Shown here piece by piece: positions 48,111 through 60,414 of a DNA stretch of 64,000 nt. The position numbers and the translations under genes are program-made. Below the pieces are notes generated by a model that saw only the letters and a list, made by a program, of their open reading frames with translations, made no database searches and had not been told where the DNA came from. Origin of the DNA: Iphione sp. A-MEVVRFRX5 (taxonomy: Eukaryota); the NCBI GenBank assembly GCA_976226885.1, contig OZ320322.1, positions 65,038,001 through 65,102,000 on the forward strand, in the 5' to 3' direction. The number at the start of each line of letters is the position of its first letter. Position 1 is the first letter of the stretch.

Positions 48111-49395
48111 GCTCTGTCATGTGATAGAGAATATCTAATTCCTGGTTATTAAAGATACAATGAAATGAAATGAAAATGAGGCAGGCAAGTGCTTCCTGCT
48201 TGAAATGGGTACACTGTGATGCAATGATGAGGGGCGCTGTGAATGCTCCAGTAGGTGCCCCTCACTTCAAACCAGTGGTAGGGAGTAGTGATGGCTAAAG
48301 TACGTCTGGTCGTGCTTTGACGGAAAACAAGTGCAAAATTGGCTGGTTGAGGTCGCCCCAGTGGACCTGACCCCCTCCTATCTCGCACAACGAAAGAACA
48401 GCTGAGCGGATGGCATTAGGTTGGTACAAACTGAGTGTACAGATGTGCCTCATTATCCAGAGCACCTTGGGATATTGATATTTTGTATGGATGATGAAAA
48501 ACCTGGGATGCGAAAATGCAACTCATACATCTCCTGGTGGGGAAAAATGGCATCTCATGGAGATTGAGGTGAATTCCATGGTGAAAGTCCAGGGAGAAAG
48601 TGCCGAAAAACAGTTATAACATGGAGATCGAGGTAAATTCCATGGAGAAAGTGACAAGAAATGGCAAATTTCAAGGAGAAAGTGCCGAAAAATGGCAAAT
48701 TTCAGGGAAAACTTTTAGCCTATGTTACTCGCTCTGCCTTTTGTTCTCTTCCTTTAGGAGGTCGTGGCCTGCATCTCGCTCTTATGTAATCATTTCTATG
48801 TTCTCTGCCCTGTGTTGTCTTTTACTTTAGGAGGTTGTTGCCTGCATATCCCTCTTATGTAAACATTTGTGTTCTCTGTGCTGCGTTGTTTCTTACTTTA
48901 GCAGGTCATGCAATGACACTTCCTTTGTTCTCTCCATTCCGGTTAACTGTGTCTATTTCCTATAGTAAAGCATGTAAGAATGAAGTTATATACACTCCGA
49001 TTACGGAATGGAAAATTCTGGTTAACTAGTACATTTTATAAGGAAGGCATTCGGGTTGTTGCATCTCTGGTTGGCAAGGTGCACCTGTATTGATATTCTG
49101 TTCAGTGAAAATGTATGCTGACACTGACTGCCAGGATGGTGGGCGGTGGCTCCAAGCCACAGGCCAACCGTGTCCCATCGGGCCTTAGACTCCACCATCG
49201 TTTAATTGATGGCATTCACATTGGGCACTAACACTTGTTTAAAGTGAAGTGTCAGGTTTTTTAAAACATTTTTTCCCAGACGTTTGCTGTATACAGAAAT
49301 CCTCTTCTGTGAGTAGTCATCCTGTCATCTGTTTACCTAGGACCTGTTGTAAGATGTTTCTCAGTTGAAAAATCAAATTGACATATGTCCATCAT

Positions 49396-50701
49396 CATGG
49401 TTCCCAGCCCATCAGGGAAATCAGGGAAAATTATTTTACTCTTTTCCAGTCAGGGAAAAATCAGGGAATTTGATAAAAATGCCTCATATCAGGGAAAAAT
49501 CAGGGAATTTGATTGACCCAAAAGTCAATCATACTTATACTTTGTTGTACATCAAAACAACATCCATTGTATGATTGCCTATGGTGGTTTTTTTAGTGTA
49601 GCTTGTTTGACCGTAGTACAAGTAGTTGAAGTGCCGTATCTAAATAAGGCCTTTAACTTTAAACATGATTGTGTACAGTAAAATACCAAAAGAGAGTAGT
49701 GCCCTTGTCTCCAGAGCTGGTTCTCCTTACACACCATGATGGGGAACTGTACATTGTGGCCCAGACAATAGACATACCACCTTGAACTCTATGCCCAGAC
49801 TGAAGCCTTGGTGTTTTAAGAGAAGACTGCCCCTGAGTGGAATAAAATTATTGACATATTCAAAGCTGCAACTATCAATATTCACAGAGTTCCACTCAAT
49901 CTGGGCTTCATTAAATATAAATCTCTCAAAAAAGTTCTGCAATTTGACTTTGACACTAAATAGTATTTTAGTAACTTTCAGTTACCCTTGATTTAAATAT
50001 CATTTGAAAGCTCATCTATCCCCCTTTACTTGTTCAAGTTTGAGGATTATGAGTTAGTGTTTCAACATAGTTTGGACATACTGTTCACACAGGCTATTTC
50101 ATAACAGAGGTTGATTCAGTTTAATCCTATGAAGCATTGTAGCCATCATTTTCAAATTTGAGATAGGCTTGTGACATCACGAAGTACTATAAAACAATAT
50201 GTCTATGTACAGAATTTTGCTGATATCCTCATTTTTCTCTGTTCGAAATTTTATGTATTAATAATGGTTCTAAATGCCAAGAGACTTAAGTAATTTTTTG
50301 TATCATTGTAACTGCAGTTGTGCTAATTAAACCCTCTACATCATGTAGATCTTCATGTCTTCACACATTCCAATGTAATCCAGTATTGAAATTGGTACCT
50401 TCAACATAGTGTGCTGTGATTCATTGATGTGAACTTGAATTACCTTGAATCAATCTCTTTCTGTATAAGGTGAGGAAAGGATTACTGTAAGGGGAGAAAG
50501 GAGGCCATTACATGCCTATGTAATAGTACAAATTTCTTTTACATGACAATGTTTTAAACTGCAAATAGTTCACTGCAACAACATAGAAAACATGAAACTA
50601 GAAATGAGTTGAAGTAAATATCATGGAATTTTGAGACTTCATCAGGGAAAAATCAGGAAAATATCAGGGAATTTTGTTTTTGTGAAATGCTGGGAACCCT
50701 G
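49396..50701. mobile_element. Non-autonomous DNA transposon, superfamily unassigned
   Basis: TIRs catggttcccagc / gctgggaaccctg (12 of 13 match), subterminal tcagggaaa repeats at both ends, ATCAT flanking both sides. Confidence 0.7.
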
Positions 50702-50826
50702 ATCATTTTGTATGTTTACATTTTGAAGTAAAAGTCATGTTCCAAGGGATATTCCTACTCAAGTCTGAAAAAGTAGTGTCCATTTAGAAAATCATTTAAA
50801 TGATGATATATTTTCACACACATATA

Positions 50827-51098
50827 AATTTTTAACAATTTAATATTCAACATACCGATCGATTTTTTAATTGCAAATGGTAATTCAATTTTTAACCAGT
50901 CACATTCAAAGTACATATTCACTGCTGATTGTTACTTGAAACTTCCTGGATACACCTAGCTACCGATGTTTGTTGTCATTTGAAACGTATCCCTGAAGAA
51001 GGGTGGATCACACCCAAAAGCTTGGAACTTAATATTTTGACTGTTCTCTGAATACAGAGATCGTTCTGAAACAGCGTGTTGGTTTTTATTTACTAAGA
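50827..51098 (+). repeat. PLE 5' pseudo-LTR
   Basis: Near-identical to 60415-60711 but lacks a ~25-nt TATA-containing segment. Confidence 0.93.
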
Positions 51099-51281
51099 TT
51101 CTTCTCAAACGACCAAACGCATCCCTCAGGATCCACTGTTTACGGAACAGCCCACCCCCAGACAGTGTTCGGCGGCCAAAACACAACAACCTGGCACTAA
51201 CGTGCAACACACACACCCCCGGGCATTCCACAGAATCCACTGTCATCAGGCCTAACAGCCATCCACAAGGGCACAACAATC

Positions 51282-53567
51282 ATGAACGATACCAGACAAC
51301 AGTCTAAAAGACCAAGGACCGAACCAGACGTTCCGAACCCAACACAACCAACAGGCAACACCACGACGCCCCATCCAAACATTACGTCACAAGACGGACA
51401 AAACAACGTCAACCAACCACCAAATGACGCACCCGCGAATACCGCCCAACCAACATACCAGAGCCTCAGTAGCGAGGCCATGATAATCTTCAAGACACTT
51501 AAAGAGGTCAAGAAGGGAATAGTCACTGCCAAACACCATGACTTATTCATGACAACACACCTGAACAATAACACAATCCCGAAGGGCCTACAACCAACAT
51601 TATCCGCACAGATTCCAGAAATTTTAACGCGCTTCCAGATACAGTGGGAAACCGCCCTAGCTGAATTAGGCTCCAAACTCACAAGACTCCTCAAAGTGTA
51701 TTGGGAAGAGAGAACACACGCACTCGAAACAGAATGCAACCACATAATAGACAGCTCCAAAACCCAAATAGGGGGAGAACAAACCAACAGAATCCTAGAA
51801 CTACTGGAACAGCACGAAACAACCCTCCGGCAAGAGCTGGAGAACCGCCGCACAAGAAAAACCGCCGCTTTGTCAAACTCCGACAGACCGGACCCCAACC
51901 AACAATAGTCTTCAACCTCTCAAACTACACCCTTAATGATGCCGAATTAAAGTTACTGAATAAAGGTCTTTCGTTCATTCCTGCCGTACACACACCACAC
52001 CCAGCACACGAACTAAGAGATTTCTATCTTTTCACACGTAGAATAAGATTACAACATCTTTTCCAAGACACTGACAAACCACTAGACAAATCTCCATTCC
52101 ATGAATTACAAGGTTCAAGTGGGTGGACCCCACAAGCCGGAAAAGACAAGTTTGTTGACTGCTACCTAACGACACTAGAAAGACACATACAACATACTAG
52201 ATTACACAAACCCAAATCAAACATCACTTCCGAAGAACTCAGTGCACTTAGGACACTTGCAAACAACCCCGACATAGTAATTAAATCCGCAGACAAAGGC
52301 GGTGCTGTCGTAATTCAAAATTCAACGCAATATGAAACCGAAGCCATATGGCAACTTTCAGATCAGAACCACTATGAAATTGTTGACACTGACCCAACAA
52401 ACCTGTATCAAGAATCAATCAAGAAATTTGTAACAGATTGTATCGCATCAGGCTTTTTACCATCAGAAGCTAAATGCCTCATCACCAAGAATTTCAAAAC
52501 TCCTAACATCTACTTCCTTCCAAAAATTCATAAAGCAAACAACCCAGGTCGCCCTATTGTAGCCGCTTGTGATTCCCCCACTGAAAAAATCTCAGCATAC
52601 GTCGATCGCATTTTGGTGCCCTTTGTCAAACAATTACCTAGCTACATCAAAGACACAAAACACTTCATCCGCACTATTCAGAACATCCCAATTAACAATT
52701 CAGACTTCCTAGTAACAATAGACGTGTCATCTCTCTACACCAACATTCTGCACAAAGACGGCATTTTGGCCGCAAGAGGATACCTACTAACCAGACGAGA
52801 TGACACCCCACACACTTGGTTGTTACTACGACTAATTCACTTCATCCTAACTTGCAACAGCTTCAAATTCAACAACAGACATTACCACCAGAAACAAGGC
52901 ACTGCAATGGGCACCAAAATGGCGCCAAACTATGCGAACCTTTTCATGGGGGCCCTTGAATCAAAACTACTGGCAAATGCACCGAGCAAACCACTAACAT
53001 GGCTAAGGTATATCGACGATATCTTTATGATCTATAGAGGCACAGAAGCAGCACTCATACAATTCATCAACTGCCTGAATGCCCAACATCCAACAATATC
53101 AAATTCACTCACGAATACAGCCAAGAGAAAATCTCCTTCCTAGACACAACAGTATACAAACTCAATGGAAAGTTGGCCACAACATTGTACACAAAACCGA
53201 CAGACGCACACATCTACCTACACTACAACAGCTACCATCCAAAACACCAGAAAACCTCGATCCCGTACAGCCAACTACTACGCATACGATCCATTTGCAC
53301 TGAATTACAACAATACGAGCAACACGCAACCAACATGATCACATACTTCGCCAATCGTGGCTATCCAAAGAAACTACTACTACAAACATACAGAACAGTA
53401 AGAAACACTCCACGCACTGACCTGTTGACTGACACCGATCACACCCCACAAAAAATCATCCCCTATGTCAAATCCTATCACCAACCTTCTCAACATGAAT
53501 TCTCACTCGCACTCAAACACGCACACAACATCCTGACACAATCGCACAGCAATGACGAATTCCTTAA
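51282..53567 (+). pseudogene. PLE polyprotein, N-terminal and RT part (2 frameshifts)
   Basis: IPKGL N-domain; VFNLS, KSADKGGAVV, LPKIHK, GRPIV, DVSSLYTNI, GTAMG, WLRYIDDIF, SFLD, LYTKPTD, HPKHQK. Frameshifts near 51895 and 53100. Confidence 0.92.
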
Positions 53568-54289
53568 CCCTATACTGGCCACCACAACCGGCCGGATCGC
53601 AGTGTGTGTGTGTCATGTAGTGATGTATTTTGTCTCTAATTGCAAAACAACAATGTGTATGACCATGATTTTTGTAGTTTTGGAAAGTAGACATAGAGGA
53701 CAAGACGCTAGGATAAATTTTTAGTTGAAATGTGGAATATGAAATATTTAAAAATTAAATTTATGAGCGGATCTCTTGGTATTTTCTTGCCCGAAAAAAA
53801 CAGTATTTCATCTTTGCATGTAAAAATCAAGCAGAACTGTTGATCAAAGAGGTGAAGTGTAATCGTACGAAATGTTACTATTTTTATTTGCTTTGCAATG
53901 ATATATGGCATGTGTATCTACATGGACTATACTGAAAGTTAATGTGTGTTAAATGAACAAATGTCATTTTGCCGAAATGAAACACCAGGTGTCCCTGACA
54001 GTTGACGCGTGAATGATCCGTTCGGGGCGCCAGCAACTCCAGAAATTATGTAGATTTATGCTAAAATGCATTACGAAAAATTTCAAGAAATAGCAAAAAC
54101 ATAAAGATAACAATGAAATTAAATGTTATTGACTTTGTAAAATAAGAATCAAATGAATGTTATTGTGCTGATTGAAAAAAAGTAGCAAAGGTGAAGTGGT
54201 AACGTCACGTCATAAACCGCCGGTTTCCACAACGATCGGACACATACTCAAGTAGTTCTGAGAAAAGGGAAATAAATCAACCAAGGAAG

Positions 54290-55452
54290 ATGCAATCGAT
54301 GATCAAAGCTTTCCAGGAGAAAGGGTAAGTGTTGAGGCATACATATATTGCATTTAAATGCATTTGATATATCATTATTGTGCTTTCTTTTGGCATATTG
54401 TAGTGGGCACCTTGAAATATGAAAAAATGGCGGCGTGACGTGTTGAAAACGTGGTCCTGCATAAAGCCGGGCAACCGTGCCCATGCAATAAGCAGGATGA
54501 GTGAAATGAAACAATGATTTTAATAATAAGATGCAGTTGAAGAAGTTTTTATTGTCGCCAATAACCGACATGTACTATAGTGTTCTGACTTGAATATGCA
54601 CTCATCCTCTGTAACATAACCGAATGTTACGAAATTTTACCTGAAAAAGATGATTGACTGTTCACTTCTAATCCAGGTTAGAGCCACCCCATGGACTCAT
54701 AAATTTGATCGAACTATCAAAGTCACGCAGGGATGTCTATAGGCGCCTGTGGGCAGCCGCCAAGGTAAATCATATATATGTACACATAGGCATATTCAGA
54801 CAAATAGGCATACTCACATTAATATGCAACAATGTATATTGCCATTCTCATTTTTTCCCTTATAATATGGCAGGTCAAAAACATGGTAAAAAAGACACGT
54901 TAATACGAAAGCAAGCAAGATGTATGCTGTACATCACACTTGATAGAACCATGTTTCCCATCATCCTGATTAAATGGAAGTATGTACATGGCATAAAGAG
55001 TGATTTTGTTCCTATCTTATGTATAATACATATCAATGTCGTTCAATGTTGTGCCTCTGGATGTTACATTGCCACCTGTGTTCTCATTTCTCCAATAGTT
55101 CGGCGCAGGTCTTGGTGCAGAGTTTGCTACGTACGTGTTTCCTGCAGCTGTAAGGGACGCAGTGAGAGAGCATCACCCTGAAACACCCAAAGGAGCATAT
55201 GATGAGCAGTACGATGGACGTGGCGATGTATGTGTTCATTGAAATTTGCATGTCTATGTTTATTTGCAGTAATGCACGTGCCGTAATGATCCTGCAACAC
55301 ATGTGTTGAAATTCAAGCAACCTGACAATACTTGAATATTACTTGTTGCTGTATGATTTTTACATAAATTGTGTCTGCTTATATTGTAGGTCTATTACGT
55401 TTCACTGGACGAAATGTGCATCCTGCCATATCCAAAAATAAAGAAGCAGTGA
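54290..55452 (+). CDS. Candidate second, 4-exon gene inside piggyBac (~102 aa)
   Basis: Exons 54290-54323, 54682-54764, 55099-55227, 55390-55452; donors gtaagt/gtaaat/gtatgt; phase-consistent open frame. Confidence 0.5.
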
Positions 55453-55605
55453 ATCCAACCATGCAGTGCAGCAGATGGGAACAGCGACATAAGTCTACAA
55501 GGTCGTTTACATAGATGAAGCAGAGGAATTTTGGTTGTATGGTAATAATATTTGTAAAATGCCTGGAAACCTGAAATAAAAAGTTTTTCATTTACATGTA
55601 CCTTT

Positions 55606-58560
55606 TCAGTGTGCCTTTCCTTGAGGGTATCTGTGCTTGTCGAATTCAGCAGAGTGCCATGTGGGAAAGCAGTTGCGGCGTTTATTCAGACATAGGTGCA
55701 CTTGGCATTGGCTGTCGGCGCAGGTGATGTAGCTCTTTACTTGCTTGCCGTACAAGGTGTAACACACCTGGCAATTCCTTCTGAACTTAGACACATGAGG
55801 GTCATGTGGGCCTGTGAGGTTCATACTCTTCTTCCTCTTCAGGGCTGGAACATAGATTGGAGGGTACTCATCATCCCAGATCTTTGCAAGTTGCCTCACA
55901 AGTTCTTCCCGGAAATCCAGGTGTGTGTATCTTGCGCAGCGGGCGAGGCCAGGGAAATCAGGATGACTCTCTTTCCACGTCTTGAACAGTATATAGCTGT
56001 TCAGTACTGCCTGATCTATCATGTGGAAAAAGAGAGTTTTCCACTAACGGCGGACCTTAGTGAGGCAATTATAAGTCTCGATCATTTGGTCCGCCAAGTC
56101 CACGCCACCCATGAACTTGTTATATGCATGGATGCAAGATAGCTTCCTGGCGACTGTGGGTGTGTACTGTCCTGCTTTGTTCCTCCCACGGCGCACAACA
56201 AGGATGTGGTCATGTCCCCTGTGTGCTGTGCTAATCATTGTGACGGGCTTCTTATCACACCATTGGAGAAAGAGAATTCCGTCTTCCCTGGTGAAACGCA
56301 TGTCTCCTTCCTTCGCAGTTTTCGCCCACTCTTTTCCTTTGAGAATCTGAGGAAACGAAAACAAGAGACTCATGTCAGTGGTTACTTTAGGGAGGTAGAA
56401 GTAGAGGGCAGGACAGAATAATAATATCATGACACATTGTCAGTGAATCCATCTGCAAATATTACTGCATGTCACTTACTGCAGGGAATCCTTTCCTCCA
56501 AGGCTGCAGAGTGCCACACATTGCTGTACCCTCTTGGAGTAGGTCCTTTGCTAGTTGGTACGAACTGAAGTAATTGTCACAATGGACGACATGACCACGG
56601 TGCTTGTATGGCTCCACCAGATTCATCACCACGTCATATCCTAAACCTTTGCCACTGCGCTCGGTGCTTTTTCCCACATACACACTGAAAGATCAGAACG
56701 GATTGATTGAGAAAAAATGGATATGCAGTCACAGTTGATTTTTTTTTTGTCACAGTAAAAATTTTTGTGAGTCTACAATGCAGCATTGTATGTGGTGTGC
56801 CCAGTTGCAGCTAACTATAATATCATACTTCATCCTATTGACATCTTATTATTCCACCCGATGATATAAATTAACCATAACACAATGATGTACTCACTTG
56901 AAGTTGAATGTGTATCCTGTTTCTGCATCGCATATACACCAGAGCTTATAACCAAAGCGGCATGGTTTGTCTGGCATATATTGACGCACAGGGGATCGCC
57001 CCTTTGATCTGACCATCCTCTCATCAATTGATAATGTTTTTCGTGGATGGAACAGAGCAGTGCAGGCAGCTTTCATATGGTTCAGCATTGGCCTTATTTT
57101 AGCCAACTTGTCGGACGGGTCTTCCTCACCTGGTTTACTGACTTGCAACATGGCACTGAGTGCCTTGAATCTGTAAAGATATAAGACAATTTTTAAGAAT
57201 CATTATTTATGCATCATTACATACTTCCATATGAAAAATTTCTCAGAAGCTCATGCAACCAAGTCTTAACCATCAGCTCCTTGCCATGATATTGATTCAA
57301 TTTAATATTTCCCAATATAGAACACCTATATATTCTGAATGCACTGCTCACCTGTTCCTGGATAGGAAACGTCTGGCCCACCCGCCAGAATATAGAGTTT
57401 CTTGGGACCAGGTCCTGTCAATATCCTTCCTTCCACAAAATCCATTGTAGATGGTTAGAGCAATATAGTGTTTCAATTCAGCCAGGCACATCTCATCCCA
57501 CGCACCGTCTCTTCGCCTAGCATAGCTAGGTTTATCATGGATGTTCATCCAAGCATACAAGTTTGTATTTGTCACTATCGTCTGAAAATAATGACAAACA
57601 GAAGATGCAATCCACGTAAAACTCATCAGTTATCACATTGGGACATCCACAGCACTAGCAATATTTTATTGAAGTTCCCCAATACATGCCTACACGAAGT
57701 CCCACGTTGTTCACCCGACTTTGATATGGCTGTGTACTGATCGGTTCTTTTCTCATCTCATTTTGCATTTATTAGGACTATAATAAATCTGTTTGGAAAA
57801 TATCACACACACCTCCAAGAACTCATCGGGCAAGAACAATTCAAAGAAGTCGATAGCTCGTGTGAAGTTGTTCATGCCCAAACGTGTTATTCTCTCCGCT
57901 AGATGGGGACCGGGTACTTGTGAGGGCCTGTATTTAACTACAGGTGGCTCCACGTCCTCGTCATCAAACGACAGGAATCTACAATAAATCAACACCCCTA
58001 AACATTTTTTCGGCATTTTTTGTATGTATCGGTCAGAGAACATCTCACAACAATCAAAATTAAGCTTAAATAACATTATATATGTTTATAATCAACAAAA
58101 CCTAACAGCTACATATGACGTTATGTGACGTCAATGTTGTTGTCAACAAACGTATCGGCAGACGACAAACCAATGGTTTTCCCATCTGCCAGAGAAGCCC
58201 AGATAGGTATGTCTTCAATAACCACTTCAGTCCCTAAATGAAATGATTGCTTACATAATGTATATTTCGGATTTCATTTTAGTGTATTTTGGCCCATTGT
58301 AGATATATTTTTGTATAAAAAAGGTTAACTTACGTGACGTTCTTCCTATTGCCACTACCGCTGCCATCACCCATGCCAACTTCACCGTCCAAACACCTAT
58401 TGAATTCTTGATATCTTGCTGCCTGAATTTCAAGATTCAGTTCATCTTCTTCTTGTTCACTCAATCCTGGTGATCCTATTTGATCTATTACCTCCACATT
58501 ATAGCCTTTTGCTATTAATTCCCTTGCTTCCAACGCAGCTTTACGCTTGGGGCGTGACAT
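55606..58560 (-). pseudogene. piggyBac (PGBD4-like) transposase, 6 exons, one premature TAG
   Basis: Exons 58334-58560, 57813-57978, 57352-57581, 56898-57170, 56480-56684, 55606-56346. DDD motifs SIDE, CDNYF, GGVD; C-terminal Cys-rich domain; TAG at 56044-46 in KVRR*WKTLFF. Confidence 0.92.
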
Positions 58561-58781
58561 TATGGCGTCAGGCAATGAACAGGCAACACAGTGCGGGATT
58601 GATGTAATATCTTTTATTTTATTTTTTTTCAATGAACCAGGCTTTTCTTTTGTTTGGCAGTTAATAGAACACCTCCATTAATTTCACCCTTGATCGCATT
58701 TTAAAACAATGATTTTTCGCTATGTATAATGCATCATCCAGATACGGATGATTCAGCATTGCGCGGCCAGTATAGGGTTAA

Positions 58782-59279
58782 ATACAACATACTGCAGGCA
58801 CACAAGAGAGGGAGAAATCTGAGAGAGACATTGACACGAGCCGAGTATCCGAAACCAGAACCAAAAAACGGCACTCACCCATGCAACAAACCACGCTGCC
58901 GTACCTGCCCCAGAATAATCCAAACATCCTATGTTCACTCCTCTGACCAAACACGTAAGTTCCGCACTGTGGGATATGCCGACTGCCAGACATGTGACGT
59001 TGTGTATTGCATCCACTGCAAGAAATGTAAAAAAATGTACGTTGGCCAGACAAGCAACTCCATCCACAGACGTCTAACGCAACATCTAAATGACGTTACC
59101 AACATGCGCGAACTCAAGCCGGTTGGCCTACATTTCAACGCCAACTGCCAGTCAAGTGACGTCACAATACAACACCTCAACACTGTGCACGTGACCTCAA
59201 CCAACGTCTCCGATTGGAGGAGGCATGGATTAGCATCCTTAGAACGTACCGCCCACTTGGTATGAACATACGCGAGTGA
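58782..59279 (+). pseudogene. PLE Cys-linker and GIY-YIG endonuclease (1 frameshift)
   Basis: KRGRNLRETL, PCNKPRCRTC, VVYCIHCKKCKKMYVGQT; after a shift near 59190 the frame reads RLRLEEAWISILRTYRPLGMNIRE*. Confidence 0.92.
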
Positions 59280-59320
59280 ACCAGTTGAAGAATTGTACGC
59301 ACCGCTGCAATTAAGCAATA

Positions 59321-60325
59321 ATGGCTAGCAATCAACCATCCATCTCGACTGCAAAAGACCTGCCCGTCTTCCAGTGTACCATATGCGCGAAGACATACAA
59401 CAGACTAAAGGCAGTCAAGAAACACATCACTATGGAGCATGAAGACTCTACGAATAAACGCCACGAATGCCCATTCTGCGATCACATCTACAAAACTAAA
59501 TCGTCTTTGCTACGGCATGTCAAGCAAAGCCATGGGACAATGAACACTCTACATCCGTCCCAAATATCCGTCCCGGTTCCTTGGAAAGGTACGATTGAAT
59601 CAACCACATGCCCCAAGGGGTCATCTGCCAGCTTGAACCAGCCCAGAGACCCACGCTTACACAACCGCCAAGTACCGCCGATAAACTATGAGGACGAGGA
59701 AGAAGTAGCGACCCACAACCTGCTTGAGCTGATGGGCCGACTAGACGAAGCCACAACAACCCAAGACAACACCACGTGCAACAGTGTCAACAAACCGAGC
59801 GTGCTGCCAGTAGTCAACAAGACCGTCCCCGCCCCAAACCACCACTCGACGTCAATCAAGAGGCCGTCAACACCAGAGAGGGCCCCTGCAGCAGCCACAC
59901 ATCCGTCAGTCGCCCTTGTTCCGACGCCCGTGCGGGCTCCAACCAGCCGCCAACCCTCGAAGTTCCCACGTACGCTGTCCTTTGTGAGTTCCTCCGGTTC
60001 AACCATAACAACCACCAGTGCTGATTCAATTAACACCAATACTGATGTCTCGAGGGCACCGTCTACCAGCACACCAAAGTCTGCTACCAACGATGCCACA
60101 GCTACATTCACCCCTAACCTTGCGGCCAACGGTTTTAAGCCACCAACAGACATTGTTAATAACGGCCACGATGAGAGTCCTCACCCCACGCCGTATTCTA
60201 CTACACCGTATGGTTTGGATTCGGACATTTTAGCCTCTTGGTTGGTAATGACCCGTATAATGTCATCAGCCCTGGCTGATGACATCAAGTTACTGATTAA
60301 GTTGAAATTCGGACTTGACATTTAA
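59321..60325 (+). CDS. C2H2 zinc-finger ORF (334 aa) inside the PLE
   Basis: Two C2H2 fingers (CTIC..HITMEH; CPFC..HVKQSH), S/T/P-rich middle, helical C-terminus. Lies between the EN stop and the 3' repeat. Confidence 0.85.
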   Translation: MASNQPSISTAKDLPVFQCTICAKTYNRLKAVKKHITMEHEDSTNKRHECPFCDHIYKTKSSLLRHVKQSHGTMNTLHPSQISVPVPWKGTIESTTCPKGSSASLNQPRDPRLHNRQVPPINYEDEEEVATHNLLELMGRLDEATTTQDNTTCNSVNKPSVLPVVNKTVPAPNHHSTSIKRPSTPERAPAAATHPSVALVPTPVRAPTSRQPSKFPRTLSFVSSSGSTITTTSADSINTNTDVSRAPSTSTPKSATNDATATFTPNLAANGFKPPTDIVNNGHDESPHPTPYSTTPYGLDSDILASWLVMTRIMSSALADDIKLLIKLKFGLDI

Positions 60326-60414
60326 AATGCCCAACGGACAATGAGTAACAAACATCGTTTTTAACTGTGATATATCATATGTGTTTATTCCAGCACTCAC
60401 AAAGGACTATTTTG

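Larger units (their letters stand above)
53568..58777 (-). mobile_element. piggyBac transposon (5210 bp) with TTAA target-site duplication
   Basis: TTAA(53564-67)|CCCTATACTGGCC ... GGCCAGTATAGGG|TTAA(58778-81): perfect 13-bp TIRs and an internal transposase. Confidence 0.97.

Noticed and set aside
49770-49800. HLELY as VPS16 exon 2
   Set aside because: Wrong splice phase, no GGPIA motif downstream, and it lies inside a TIR element.
51860-51910. Programmed frameshift between PLE N-terminal and RT frames
   Set aside because: No phased X XXY YYZ heptamer, and the element has two other frameshifts, so decay is the simpler explanation.
58100-58240. Extra piggyBac exon (TEVVIEDIPIW...)
   Set aside because: Phase is incompatible with the strong flanking donor and acceptor, which join directly in frame.
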